From: Octopus sinensis
Taxonomy: Eukaryota
NCBI RefSeq assembly: GCF_006345805.1
Contig: NC_043003.1
Location: 102,052,001 to 102,116,000 of the forward strand
Length of the DNA stretch: 64,000 bases
Direction of reading: 5' to 3'
A model generated the notes under the pieces. It did not search any database, had not been told where the DNA came from, and worked only from the letters and a program-made list of their open reading frames with translations. Below, piece by piece: positions 51,301 to 64,000 of the stretch (position 1 is the first letter of the stretch; every line of letters starts with the position of its first letter). Made by a program: the position numbers and the translations under genes.

Positions 51301-52764
51301 TGGGGAGTTATGCAATGGAGATTGTATCATGGTCGAACTGCACTAAGTGGCTGACTCATCAATGGTAACCTGTTAACACTGGTCTGCCTTTCCCCACGAT
51401 GTGAAATGCATAATTCTGTGGTAATTCAAGGAAAAATGGCAATGAAAGGTAAGACATCCATCGGAAGCTGGAAAGCAGCCTGCCCCTGCTATAGGATGGT
51501 TGAGTGTAACATGGGTGCCATGGCAGTTGTAAGTCTTACCACCGAGTCTAACCTAAAATTGAGTATCAGGAGAAGATACTAGAAATCCCATGAAACGTCA
51601 ACATATAAATACTGCAATTTTTTGCTGATTCCATACACAGTGTATCAAGCTAAGTGCAATGTAAATCGGTACATGGGTTGACTGCATTAACTGAGTTCAG
51701 ATATCGCCCTGACTTTGGTCCACTTTGAATGCAGGCAAAAACGCAGTATTTTCATTGTTGAAGTTTCAAGGGATTTACGGTACTGCAGTCAGTCAGTGGG
51801 TTTCAAAACCTTGAAGTGTTTTTCAATGTGGAAACGCAGTGATCCCCGTCTAGGAATGAACATTGTCTAAGAATGGATTTGGGTGCACAATTCTAAACAT
51901 TGGACTTGGCAAGAACTAAAAAGTTTGTGCTCCAAATGGCATAGTTTAGCATTAGAATGTTTGAATAAAAGTTTGGCAACGGAAATTTGTAACGTAGTAG
52001 TGCACTGAGCCCTGGCAAAGGATGACTTTTGCTTAATTAAGTTTGCCAAAAGAGTGTCAATAGGGTGAGTAGGGGTGCAAAAAAGTGATGATGTATGCCT
52101 TGTCTCTACCCACTAAGTAACACCACATGCAGCAACTAAGGCATGGGTATGGTTAACGGAGAAGCTATTGCAAGCAGTAATAGGGCTTCAAAAGCTTTGA
52201 CATGATTTTTTACAATGAACCACTGCTATGGACCTCGATGAACAACACCTATTGCTCAATGGAATTTGCAAAAAGTATTGAACATGGGTTCTTTTGCTGT
52301 CATTTTTCAAAGTGAAAAGTGTAATGATTTAATGACTAAATGTTCGGCAACTGGTTTTTTTAAGGTAGCATTACATTGAACCCTGGCAAAGAAAGGGTAA
52401 GTGCTTCATTTAGTGGGCCAAAAAAATCTGTCAAAAGAGTAGTTAGAGGTGCAGAACATGTTGGTGCATGGGCCTTTTTGCTTTCTTCCCCCAAAATAAC
52501 ACATTAACATGTAAAAGAGAGCAATTAAGGCATGAACAAAAGTTCAGCAACACATATGCACATAAGGTCACTTTATGTGTATGTCCCCGATCATGTGTGC
52601 AGGTCACAGGAGTGATTTCTTTGCCATGTCCTAGCTCTGACCTTATGGAGTATGTGTATAAAATTTGAGGTCGATTGGACATTGAATGTGGATTCCTATA
52701 AAAAAACATAAGTGTCTACACATACACACAGACACACACACAAGCTCAATTTTATAAATATAGA
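45358..52764 (-). mobile_element. Autonomous-type Helitron1, ~7.4 kb, decayed
   Basis: A|TCTATATTTATAAAATTGAGC 5' end at 52764; ATGCTAG|T candidate 3' end at 45358 (no hairpin); internal RepHel coding region. Confidence 0.85.
46262..51065 (-). pseudogene. Helitron RepHel (STPR-like repeats, Zn-finger-like motif, HUH Rep, PIF1 helicase); predicted intron 50914-51062
   Basis: CPFCNARKWPGEPPGMCC, PDLFITFTCNPRW, KRGLPHAHILIW, MIHGPCG, VPYCPILSKAFNAHI, KYVCKYINKGSD, LDAPGGTVK, IVWDE, GDFKQ, RNLDPPKLCNGT, GQLYV, TKNIVYQEVLG* (after -1 correction); many stops and frameshifts. Confidence 0.95.
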
Positions 52765-52945
52765 TTTTCTCCATTTTCTCCTTATTGTTTAATAAATAAA
52801 TATATGAATCACGGTTTATATGGTTACCTTATAGCTGAGCTTTCTATAGATTGGTAACTAACCAGTATTTTCATTGGATTTATGATCCCCTAATGAGGTT
52901 TATTATCCTTACTTGATAATGTATATATATATATATATATGTATA

Positions 52946-53525
52946 TCATCATCATCATCGTTTAACATCCGCTTTCCATGCTAGATGGGTTGGACGAATG
53001 ACTGAGGGCTGGCGAACCAGATGGCTCCAATCTTGATCTGGCAGAGTTTCTACAGCTGGATGCCCTTCCTAATGCCAACCATTCCGAGAGTGTAGGGGGT
53101 GCTTTTACGTGCCACCGGCACGGGGCCAGTCAGGCAGTACTGGCAATGACCTCGCTCGAATCTTTTACACATGCTACCGGCACAGGTGCCAGTTAGGCGA
53201 TTCTGGTAATGATCACGCTCGAATGGTGTCTTTTACGTGCCACCAGCACAGAGGCCAGATAGCTGCTCTTGCAACGATCACACTCGGATGGTGCACTTTA
53301 AAGCGACAATCATCATTTGACATTTGTCTTCCATGCTAGTATGGGTTGGACAATTTGACATTTGACAGGATCCAATGAGCTAGAGGACTGTGTCGAATTC
53401 CTTTGTCTGTTTTTGCATGATTTCTATGGTTGGATGTTCTTCTTAATGACAACCACTTTACAGTGTACTGGATGCTTTTTCCATGACACCTGCTCTAGTG
53501 AGGTCAGCAAATAACTTGCAAGACA
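52946..53525 (-). mobile_element. Two adjacent RTE 3'-UTR/tail copies
   Basis: (ATC)n tail, tttccatgctag...gggttggac and gtgccaccggcac repeats, as in 34037-34659. Confidence 0.8.
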
Positions 53526-54228
53526 CACACAGATATATGTATACACACACACATGTATGTATGTATATAGCCATATAAACTGATTCTCTTTTTTGCGTCT
53601 CCAGTTTCACGCTACAGCATTTGTCAGGCAGATAACCATTTCATCATAATTTGAAGTGGGATTATGAAATTAAGGAATTATAAGGGAAAATAGACATAGA
53701 ATCCACACATTTAATCTTTTTGTTTTTTAATACAAAGTCCTTAAAATGTTTAGTCATCGGTAATCCTGTACAGCACTATTTCTTTCTTTTTAGAATCTCC
53801 AGCTTGACTTAACCTGCATCTTATTAAATTAACCATTCACTTATGTTTATGAAAATGGCTGTCTTCTTTCATTGGACACACTTCTTGTTTTTCAAATACT
53901 AGTATTGTGCAAAAAAATAAAAAAAATTTTGTTACTGCTCGTTAGTCATGAGACTTGTTTTTCTATTTATGATCCAGTATTTTTGTTTTTTAACATTTTG
54001 TAATCTTGTTTTTGTTGTTCATAATGTAAAATGTAATGAAACAAAGACAAAACAAAAACAGGATTATTATAAATAGACCGTAAAAAACAAAACAAAGCCA
54101 CTGGACTATGAAAAGCAAAAACAGAACCTATGATTACTGTTCCTAAACTGCATGCACATAAATGTGTGTGTTCATGCTTACATGTATACATGCTACGTGG
54201 TGTATGTGTGTCTATACATACATCTCTT

Positions 54229-54298
<70 letters not shown>

Positions 54299-54411
54299 AT
54301 ATATTTAGGTGTGTATAGTTTTTAATGATGGAGCTCAAAGTACATAGTCTAAATAATAGTGTGTATAATATAGGGTTAAAAAAAAAACCTTGAATGGTGA
54401 AAAAAGTCAAA

Positions 54412-54482
54412 GGCTGCCTGTGAGATTCGAACCCATATCTTCTGTAAACATGACAGACATGCTACCATTATATCAAAGCATC
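54412..54482 (-). tRNA. tRNA pseudogene, nominal anticodon UGU (Thr?)
   Basis: GATGCTT/AGGCAGC acceptor (6 of 7 pairs), perfect TCTGT/ACAGA anticodon stem, GGTTCGAAT T-loop, T6 run just downstream; anticodon loop CATGTTT is non-canonical. Confidence 0.55.
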
Positions 54483-54997
54483 TTGTGATATCACTTTTAT
54501 AAGGGTCTTGTCTGTAGCTATTAATTTCATTGGTTGGTTTCTAATTTTGATTTGTCATAGCTGTTATTTTTTTCATGTTTTCACCTTTCTAGTTGTTGCT
54601 CAGTTTTTATGAGCTCATCTCAGTTTTTATTCTCATAAACTTAGCACGGAAAATGGACGTTAAACGATGATGATGATGATGATGTTCAAAACCCTTATTT
54701 GCATGACCTTGTATTTTCTGTTTATCAAATTCACTTGTAGTTCCTCTAATGGTCATAGCTATTACAACAGAGATAAACATTTCATCATAATTCAAGGCTA
54801 GTTTAAGAGTTATCCCTTGATATAAGCTCTCTTCCCTCTTTTCTCTATTTTTTCTCTCTTTCTCCCTCTTATCTTTTATCTCTACCTATCTATCTAATCC
54901 CATTTAAAGAAATGATTTAATGTGACATTGTACATTGATTGTTTTATAACCCATAGGCTTATGAAATCCTATGCTGTTAAATCTGGCTAAGCCTCAG

Positions 54998-55477
54998 TAT
55001 TTTTCTCACTTTATAAGATTGAAGAGGACTAATCCACATTCCACCTCTTCATATTTTTTTTCCGCAATGCCGAAACTGATGAAAAAAGGCACAGCCGCCT
55101 TGCAACTTCTGCTGCCCGACAAACCCTCCAGCAAGGTCTAGAATTGAAGGGCCTTGGAGTCAATCTAGCAAAAATCAAAATCTTAATAAGTAGGAAAGCA
55201 GACGAATCACAAATCCCTTCAGGTAGATGGCCCTGCTTGATATGTAGAAAAAGCATAGGTAGAAACTCCATAAGATGTACCTGGTGTAAGCTATGGACAC
55301 ATAAGAAGTGCAGCAATATCGAAGAAAGGTTAACTGGGAAGATAGTTTTTGTGTGTGGCAGATGCACAGGGGTAATAAACGCCAAAGATGTACAGAAACC
55401 AGATTCCATTGTGCAAAAATATATGAAGAGGCGGAATGTGGATTGGCCCTCTTTGATCTTATAAAGTGAGAAAAAAC
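54998..55477. repeat. About 70-bp inverted repeat pair, one arm inserted inside the RTE ORF
   Basis: 54998-55069 vs 55407-55477 (tatgaagagg(t/c)ggaatgtggatt...atcttataaagtgagaaaaa). Confidence 0.85.
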
Positions 55478-56398
55478 AAATGCCAGGGGGAAAAACTAGA
55501 AGTAGTTGATAGCTTTCGTTACCTAGGTGATCAAGTCAGTAGTGGGGGGTGGATGGTCTGAGAACGTGTTGCAAGAATAAGAACAGCATGGGTAAAGTTG
55601 AGGGAGCTCCTACCTCTGTTGGTAATAAAGGGCCTCTCTCTCAGAGTGAAAAGTAGACTGTATGATGCATGTGTGCAACATCCATACTACATGGCGGTGA
55701 AACATGGGCTGTGACTGCTGAGGACATGTGTTGGCTTGAAAGAATTGAAGCTAGTATGCTTTGCTGGATGTGTAATACCAGTGTGCATACATGACAGACT
55801 TTAAGTGTCCTGAGAGAAAAGTTGGACATAAGAAGTGTCAGATGTGGTGTGCAAGAGAAACAACTGCACTGGTATGGTCATGTGTTGCATATGGATGAGG
55901 AGAGCTGTGTGAAGAAGTGTCACATCCTAACAGTAGAAGGAACCTGTTGAAGAGGTAGCACCAGGAAGACCTGGGATGAGGCGGTGAAGCATGACTTTCA
56001 AACATTGGCCCTCACAAAGGCAATGACAAGCGACTGAGACCCTTGGAGATATGCTGTGCTAGAGAAGACCCAGCAAACCAAATGGGATTGTAGCCATGGC
56101 CAATGCCAGTGTCACATGACTGGCCCATTTAAAAGTACCCTTCACTCGTTGGGCAATATGCTGTGCTTGAGAAGACCTGTTGAGTCAAGTGCCACCTGAC
56201 TGGCACCTGTACCGTTGCACTTAAAAAGCACCCACTACACTCTTAGAGTGGTTGATGTTAGAAAAGGCATCCAGCTGTAGAAACCTTGCCAGAACAGATT
56301 GGAGCTTGATGCAGCCTCCTGGCTTACCAGTCCTTAGTCAAACTGTTCAACCCATGCCAGCATGGAAAGCAGACGTTAAATGGTGATGATGGTGATGT
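55130..56398 (+). mobile_element. 5'-truncated RTE-clade LINE with PHD-like finger
   Basis: GLGVNLAK, C4HC3 finger, LEVVDSFRYLGD, RLYDACV, WYGHV and RKTWDE motifs; 3' UTR and GAT-type tail. Confidence 0.9.
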
Positions 56399-56758
56399 GT
56401 GTTAATAGTGTATGTATTTATGTATCTATATATATTTGTGCTTGTATATATATTACTATAGGCAAACAACATTTGCATACATATGTAAATATACAGGTAA
56501 ATAAGAAGATTAGTTTTGTAACCTCGAACATTTTGGCTAATTTTTTTTTAATGCTGTTGAGTATATATTTTGGTTCATGGTAGCATCACTAATTTCGTTG
56601 TCACTTAACATAAATATATTAACATAATAAAGAGATAACATAATAAGAGTTAAATGGTCCTGTGAAACTTAAAGAAATAGGCAAGTGTTTGAAAGGAATG
56701 ACAAAAAATACATCGATAAAAATCATCTTGTATATGTGTGTGTGTGTGTGTGTGTATG

Positions 56759-56795
<37 letters not shown>

Positions 56796-57898
56796 AGGCA
56801 TGGACAGGTGCAGGTATTTTTGAGTGGTTAAGAAGTTTGCTTTTAAACCTTGTGGTTTCTGGGTTCAGTTCCACTCTATGGTACCTTTGATAAGTGCTTT
56901 CTTCTAGCATGTAACTATTGGGTTGAAAGCCCCTTTTGATAGACAGCTTGAAGGCTGAGAAAAAAAAACCTTGTGAGTGGCAGATAAAAAATGGTTTGTG
57001 TCCTCTTGTTTTGACATTGCATGATAATTGTAAATAAATGTCATTGATTTCCAATATTCTGCAAAATGTGCCTGGTCATCGGGGAATAGGTGAAGGTTGG
57101 TGGCAGGAAGGGCATCCAGCTGTTAAATATCTACTTCAATAACCTCTGTGCCCTCCCCCCCCTGCAAGCATGGAAAAGTGCATATTAAAATGATGTTGAT
57201 GATTTATTGATTGATCAACCTTGGAATACTCCTCAATTATATCACACCTGTCTGTAAACCTTGACTGATCAATGAATTGATTGGTTCCACCACAATTGTC
57301 ATACCTGTGTGATGGGAGTGTCAGTCAGTCTGCAGATGAACAGGACAAACAAGTTAATTTAGTTTTCATTGATTCATAAGAGTCATGAGACTGATTCTTT
57401 TGTATGATTTCCATAGCTTTAAGTAGATGTGAGGCAAATTTCCTTCTGGACAGGATACTGATCTACTACAAGTAACTTTCCAATCTGAAGGTAAGGAACG
57501 CTAAACTCAACATTGCAAGTCAGTAATTTTCACTCTGGTTCTAGTGTTATCACTAATTAGTGCAAGGAGTTATATCACTGCAGTGTTACCTACTTACAGC
57601 CACATAGACTTAACTGAGGAGTTTTGTCACTTAAGTGCCACCTACTTATAACTACATAGACTCAGCCATTTAAAAGTTAATCTCTTGGTCATGTGCACAA
57701 CAAGGCGACAAGTTACTAACTTCTGATCTCTAAGCTAAGCTGTTTGTCCAGTAATGTATTAACTTAGCAGCCATGCTCTTACAGTAGTCAGGGATTTAAT
57801 AACTGGGAAAATAAACCTATCAATGACACTAATTTAGTAATTGTTCGTTATCCCAAACTGCAAATTCTAAAATATACTCTTTTAGGAAACTCAAAGCA

Positions 57899-58064
57899 AG
57901 GCATAGGAGTGGCTGTATGGTAAGTAGCTTGTTTACGAATCACATGGTTCCGGGTTCAGTCCCACTGCGTGGCGCACCTTGGGCAAGTGTCTTCTACTAT
58001 AGCCTCGGGTCGACCAAAGCCTTGTGAGTGGATTTGGTAGATGGAAACTGAAAGAAGCCTGTCG

Positions 58065-58097
<33 letters not shown>

Positions 58098-58175
58098 ATG
58101 TATGTATATGTTCTACATTTTTAACCAAAGCCTTGTGAGTGGATTTGGTAGATGGAAACTGAAAGAAGCCTGTCG

Positions 58176-58208
<33 letters not shown>

Positions 58209-58247
58209 ATATATGTATATGTTGATGACTGCTCTACATTTTTAACC
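57899..58247 (+). mobile_element. SINE family B 5' half with ~111-bp internal tandem duplication
   Basis: accaaagccttgtgagtggatttggtagatggaaactgaaagaagcctgtcgtata occurs identically at about 58013 and 58124. Confidence 0.85.
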
Positions 58248-58394
58248 CTTCTGTTCAACCTTATTTCTGTTGAAATACACTGCCTTTGTTTCAGTCAATT
58301 TTGAAATAATGAAGATGTTAGTAAAATAACTTTGTCATTTTTAAGCAAGTCTTTGGAACACGAATTAACATGAAATTTTGATGGAAGATTCTAG

Positions 58395-58860
58395 TTTAAT
58401 TTATTACCCCATTTGAAAGGAAGAAAGGCAAAGTTGATCTTGGCAGCATTTGAACTCAGAACATATATAACCAGAAGCATTTTGTCCAATGTGCTGACCA
58501 TTTTGCCTGCTCACTGACTTTTCAATAATAATAATAATAATTTTATTTTGGCACAAGGCCACCAAGTTTGTGGGAGGGGATCCCAGTATTTTTATTGATC
58601 CCGAAAGGTTGAAAGGTAAAGTCGACCAAGGCAGAATTTGGACTCAAAACATTAAGACAGACAAAATACTGCTAAGCATTCTGCCCAGCATGCTAAAGAA
58701 TCTACCAGCTTGCCACCTAATAATAATAGTAATGATGATGATGATGATTTAGCACAAAGCCAACAGTTTTGAGGTTTGGAGAACAGTCGATACCATTGAT
58801 CCCAGTACTTGATTGGTATTTTATTATATAAATCCTGAGTGAGTGAAAAGCAGAGTTGAT
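58395..58860 (-). mobile_element. Cluster of three degenerate SINE family A copies
   Basis: Repeated gaaagg..aaaggcaaagt(c/t)ga..tttg(a/g)actca motif and gatcccagta. Confidence 0.65.
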
Positions 58861-59778
58861 GAAGATGATGATGATGATGATGATAAGTGGAAAGAAACAA
58901 TTATAATCTTTCAGTAAGACAATTTAACAACTTGCATTTCCAGTTTCCATTTTAAACATTTCAGTTATGACACTAATGTGTGTGTGTGTGTGTGTGTGTG
59001 TGCGTTTTGGTATATGAATGTATGCGTGCATGTATGTCATATGCAAGTTGTTTGTCAAATGTTACAGGTTAAAAAGATACTTATTATGATTTTGTCTTTC
59101 TGTTCTGGTGTTACTCAATAGACTAGTGTTCAAATGTGTGAATAGTATGTCTGCTGGTATAGAAATAAACAGAATCAAATTTAAAGTTGGGATAATGGCT
59201 ATTCCTTTAACACACACACACACCACATGTTTTATAGGTTACTAACTTAGTTATGGGGAGGGAGTTGTAACTAAATAAACAAGTAGAATTAAAAATAAAA
59301 CTAAAAGCAAATGGAATTATTTCAGTCCCTAGTAGATGTGTCCTTGCATTTGGCACTACATGGAAATGGGAAACATCTGTAGTCTCTGGTAGCATTGGAA
59401 CAGCTTGTTCTTATTGTGGTTCTTAAAATTTCTATTCTTTTTTTTTTTCTTGTTTCAATCATTGGACTGCAGCCATTTTGGGATTCAAGTTTGAGAGACT
59501 TAATCAATTGAATTGAACTTTGTGTTTACTTTCTTTTTCTAGGTCTGGTACTTATTCTATCAGTCTCTCTTGCTAAACTGCTAAGTCACAGGAGTGTAAA
59601 CAAACACTAGTCAAGTAGTGAGAAGTAAACACAAAATGCACACACACACATACAATATTGGTCAACTTGGGCTATAGTGAAAGATACTTGTTCTAAATGT
59701 TGTACAGTGAGACTAAGCGAGAAACCATGTGGTTGTGCTTAATCATTTGCCAATGAATTGTAACCACTTCCCCCTTTA

Positions 59779-60350
59779 TGCATACATCTGCACCTTTCAG
59801 AAACAGCACCCAGACATAAACAACCCTACACAGATATTTCACCTATATTCTACCGTATTACCTCCCATCATGTTTCTGGTTTTTAGAACTGTGGCTATCA
59901 TTTGTTAATAGCATCTGGTGATGCTAAATTGTTGTTAAATAATAGAAATTTGTGCTTCTTTGACCTGGGCAGATGTCTGTGCCTGTTCTTTCAGTTCAAG
60001 AACTAGGTGTAAATATAGGTGGAGCTTGTATTATACACCTGTCTGCAACCTGAATTGTGAGCATCCTATCTGCACACATCAGCACCTTTCACAAATAACA
60101 CCCACATATACACAACCCTATGCAAATATTTCATCTATATTCCACCTTATTACCTCACTTTTTTTTTTTTTTTTAGAACTGTGACTGTTGGAAGTAACTG
60201 GTGACATATTAAATTGTTGTTAAATAATAGAAATTTGTGCATCCTTGACCTGGGCAGGGTATATTGATATATGTTCCTATTCTTTAAATCCAACAACTAG
60301 ATGTGAATATAAGTAGAACTAGTGTGTTAGACACTTGCCTGCAATCTGGT
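59779..60350. repeat. Diverged ~285-bp tandem duplication
   Basis: aaattgttgttaaataatagaaatttgtgc at about 59927 and 60211; other blocks are colinear. Confidence 0.85.
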
Positions 60351-60659
60351 GGCATGCTAAATGGGGAGATGAAACTTTATATTGTTTGTTGTTAGTGCAA
60401 ACGTGACTGTGTGGTCAAGAAAGTCACTTCCTTATCAAATTATATATATATATAGGGGAATGTTCCTTGTGTTGTATGTCTTGTACTGTTTTTTCGTTAT
60501 TTAAAAAAATGTCCGTTTCCACGTTTTTGTTTTTATGCTTTCGTTTCTCGTGTTCTATGTTTTTTTGGTGTCCTGTACCCATATATGTATGTGTATATAC
60601 ATATAGATGTAGGTATGTACATATATGAATGTATGTATGCATATGTTTTATTTATTACT

Positions 60660-60760
60660 TATCTATTTCTGAGGTTATAGTAGAAGACCCTTGTCCAAGG
60701 TACCATGCAGTGGGACTGAACACAACCATGCATTTGGGAAGTACGTCTGTGCCTATATAC
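60660..60760 (-). mobile_element. SINE family B head abutting the TA tract
   Basis: Minus strand gtatataggcacagac...gttcagtcccactgcatggtaccttggacaag. Confidence 0.7.
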
Positions 60761-60937
60761 ATATATATATATATTATATATATATAGGCATATATATATA
60801 TATATGTATATATATTATATATATATATATAGGCATATATATATATATATATTTATATATGTATATATAATTAATATATATATGTATATAGGCATATATA
60901 TATATATGTATATATATTTATATATAATGTATATAGC

Positions 60938-60968
<31 letters not shown>

Positions 60969-62047
60969 TATTGTATAGGCATATATAATATATGTATATA
61001 TTTAATATATATGTATATAGGCATATATATATATGTATATATATTTATATATATATGTATATAGGCATATATATATTGTATATATATTTATATATATATG
61101 TATATAGGCATATATATATATGTATATATATTTATATATATATGTATATAGGCATATATATATATGTATATATATTATATATATATGTATATAGGCATAT
61201 ATATATATGTATATATATTTATATATATATGTATATAGGCATATATATATGTTATATATTTATATATATATGTATATAGGCAATATATATATGTATTATA
61301 TTTATATATATATGTTATAGGCATATATTATATGTATATATATTTATATATATATGTATATAGGCATATATATATGTATATATATTTATATATATCGTAT
61401 AAGGCATATATATATATGTATATATATTTATATATATATGTATATAGGCATATATATATATGTATATATATTTATATATATATGTATATAGGCATATTAT
61501 ATTATATATATATATATATATATATGTAATAGGCATATATATATATATATATATATGTATATAGGCATATATATATATGTATATAGGCATATATATATAT
61601 TTATATGGCATAATATATATATAGATGTATATAGGCATATATATGTATATATATATATATATGTATATATATGTATATAGGCATATATATGTATATTATA
61701 TATATGTATATAGGCATATATATATATATATAGTATAATAGGATATATATATATATATATGTAATATATATATATGTATATAGGCATATATATATATATA
61801 TGTATATATATAATATGTATATATATATATGTATATAGGCATATATATATATATATTATATCTATATATATATATTATATATATATATATATGTATATAT
61901 TATATGTAATATATGTATATATATGTTATATATATATATATATATATATGTATATAGGCATATATATATATATATGTATATAGGCAATATATATATATGT
62001 ATATAGGCATATATATATATATGTATATGTATATATATGTATATATA

Positions 62048-62088
<41 letters not shown>

Positions 62089-62252
62089 ATATACATATAT
62101 ATTATATATATATATTATATATTATAATATATATATGTATGTATATAGGTATATATATATATATATATATCTATGTTTATGTATATAGGCATATATATAT
62201 GTATATATAATATATATATATTATATATTATATGGTATGTATATAGGCATTA

Positions 62253-62285
<33 letters not shown>

Positions 62286-62672
62286 TGTAATATAGGCATA
62301 TATATATGTATATATATATGTATATAGGCAATATATGATGTAATATATATATATATATATTATAATATATATATATATAGGTATATATATATATGTATAT
62401 ATATATATGTATATATATATATGTATATATATATATGTATATATATATATGTATATAATATAGTATATAATATTGTATATATATGTATATATATGTATAT
62501 ATATATGTATATATATGTATATATAATATATATATATATAATATTTATATATATATGTATATATAGGTATAACATAATTATCATATATATATTATATATA
62601 TATATGTATATATATATATTATAATATATATAGTATATTATGTATATATAGTATATATATATGTATTATATG

Positions 62673-62703
<31 letters not shown>

Positions 62704-62729
62704 GATGTATATGTATTATATATATATAT

Positions 62730-62760
<31 letters not shown>

Positions 62761-62768
62761 GTATATTC

Positions 62769-62802
<34 letters not shown>

Positions 62803-62827
62803 TAATGTATATATATCTAGATATATG

Positions 62828-62869
<42 letters not shown>

Positions 62870-63110
62870 TATGTATATAGTATATATATATATAGTGTAT
62901 AATATATATATATATATATGTATATATATTATATATATATATATATATATATTATATAGATATTGTATATATATTATATATATATGTAATATATATATAA
63001 TATGTATATAGGCATATATATTATATGTATACATATATATGTATATAGGCATATATATATATATATATATATAGGTATAATTATGGTATATATATGTATA
63101 TATATGTATA

Positions 63111-63163
<53 letters not shown>

Positions 63164-63233
63164 TAATATATGTATATGTAATAAATATATATATATATGT
63201 TATATATATGTATATATAATATATATGTATATA

Positions 63234-63272
<39 letters not shown>

Positions 63273-63426
63273 GTATTATATATATATGTATATATATGTA
63301 TATATATATGTATATATATATATATATATGTATATATATGCGTATATATATGTATATATATATGTATATATATATGTATATATATATGTATAATATATAT
63401 ATATATATATGTATATTATGTATATA

Positions 63427-63466
<40 letters not shown>

Positions 63467-63608
63467 TGTATATGTATATATATATATATATATATGTATA
63501 TGTATATATATAATATGTATATGTATATATATATTATGTATATGTATATTATATATTATCTATATGTATATGTATATATATAATATGTATATGTATATAT
63601 ATATATAT

Positions 63609-63642
<34 letters not shown>

Positions 63643-63699
63643 ATAGTATATGTATATTATATATATATAGGTATATATATGTATAGATATTATATATAT

Positions 63700-63731
<32 letters not shown>

Positions 63732-64000
63732 GTATATAATGTATATATATATGTTATATATATATATGTATATAGGCATATATATATGTATTATATATAT
63801 GTATAATATATATGTATATAGGCATATATCTATGTTATAAGGCATATTATATGTATATAGGCTATATATATATAATATTGTATATAGGCATATATATCTA
63901 TATATATGTATATAGGCATATATTATATATATATGTATATAGGCATATATATATATATATTTATAGGCATATTATATATATATGTATATAAGCATATATA
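60761..64000. repeat. Over 3.2-kb (TA)n-derived minisatellite punctuated by GTATATAGGCA, running off the window
   Basis: GGC recurs with a period of about 40-44 bp between 61020 and 61500, then irregularly. Confidence 0.95.

Overview
This is AT-rich, repeat-dominated eukaryotic DNA, most likely from an octopus. That assignment is inferred from the tRNA-derived SINE families and RTE tails, not proven. There is a 100-N gap at 2008-2107. No host gene can be identified with confidence, though two weak exon candidates could start a secreted or membrane protein. The main content is transposable elements. A nested cluster at 42.6-52.8 kb holds a DD35D pogo/Passer-like transposon interrupted by an 805-bp foldback MITE dimer, a small non-autonomous Helitron, and a 7.4-kb decayed autonomous Helitron (STPR-like repeats, Zn-finger-like motif, HUH Rep, PIF1 helicase). 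Elsewhere are two mariner relics, two CR1-clade LINE fragments, RTE LINE pieces (one with a PHD finger), a probable DIRS relic, several MITEs, many SINEs, a tRNA pseudogene and two multi-kb (TA)n-derived tracts. Three observations stand out. (1) Inverted duplications of flanking sequence centred on (TA)n tracts recur, and one of them appears to have seeded the 3-kb minisatellite at the window end. (2) The Helitron start codon appears to lie on its own upstream exon, which puts it in frame with the whole N-terminus. (3) The palindromic MITE dimer appears to have moved as one unit. Most listed ORFs are microsatellite or repeat artefacts.
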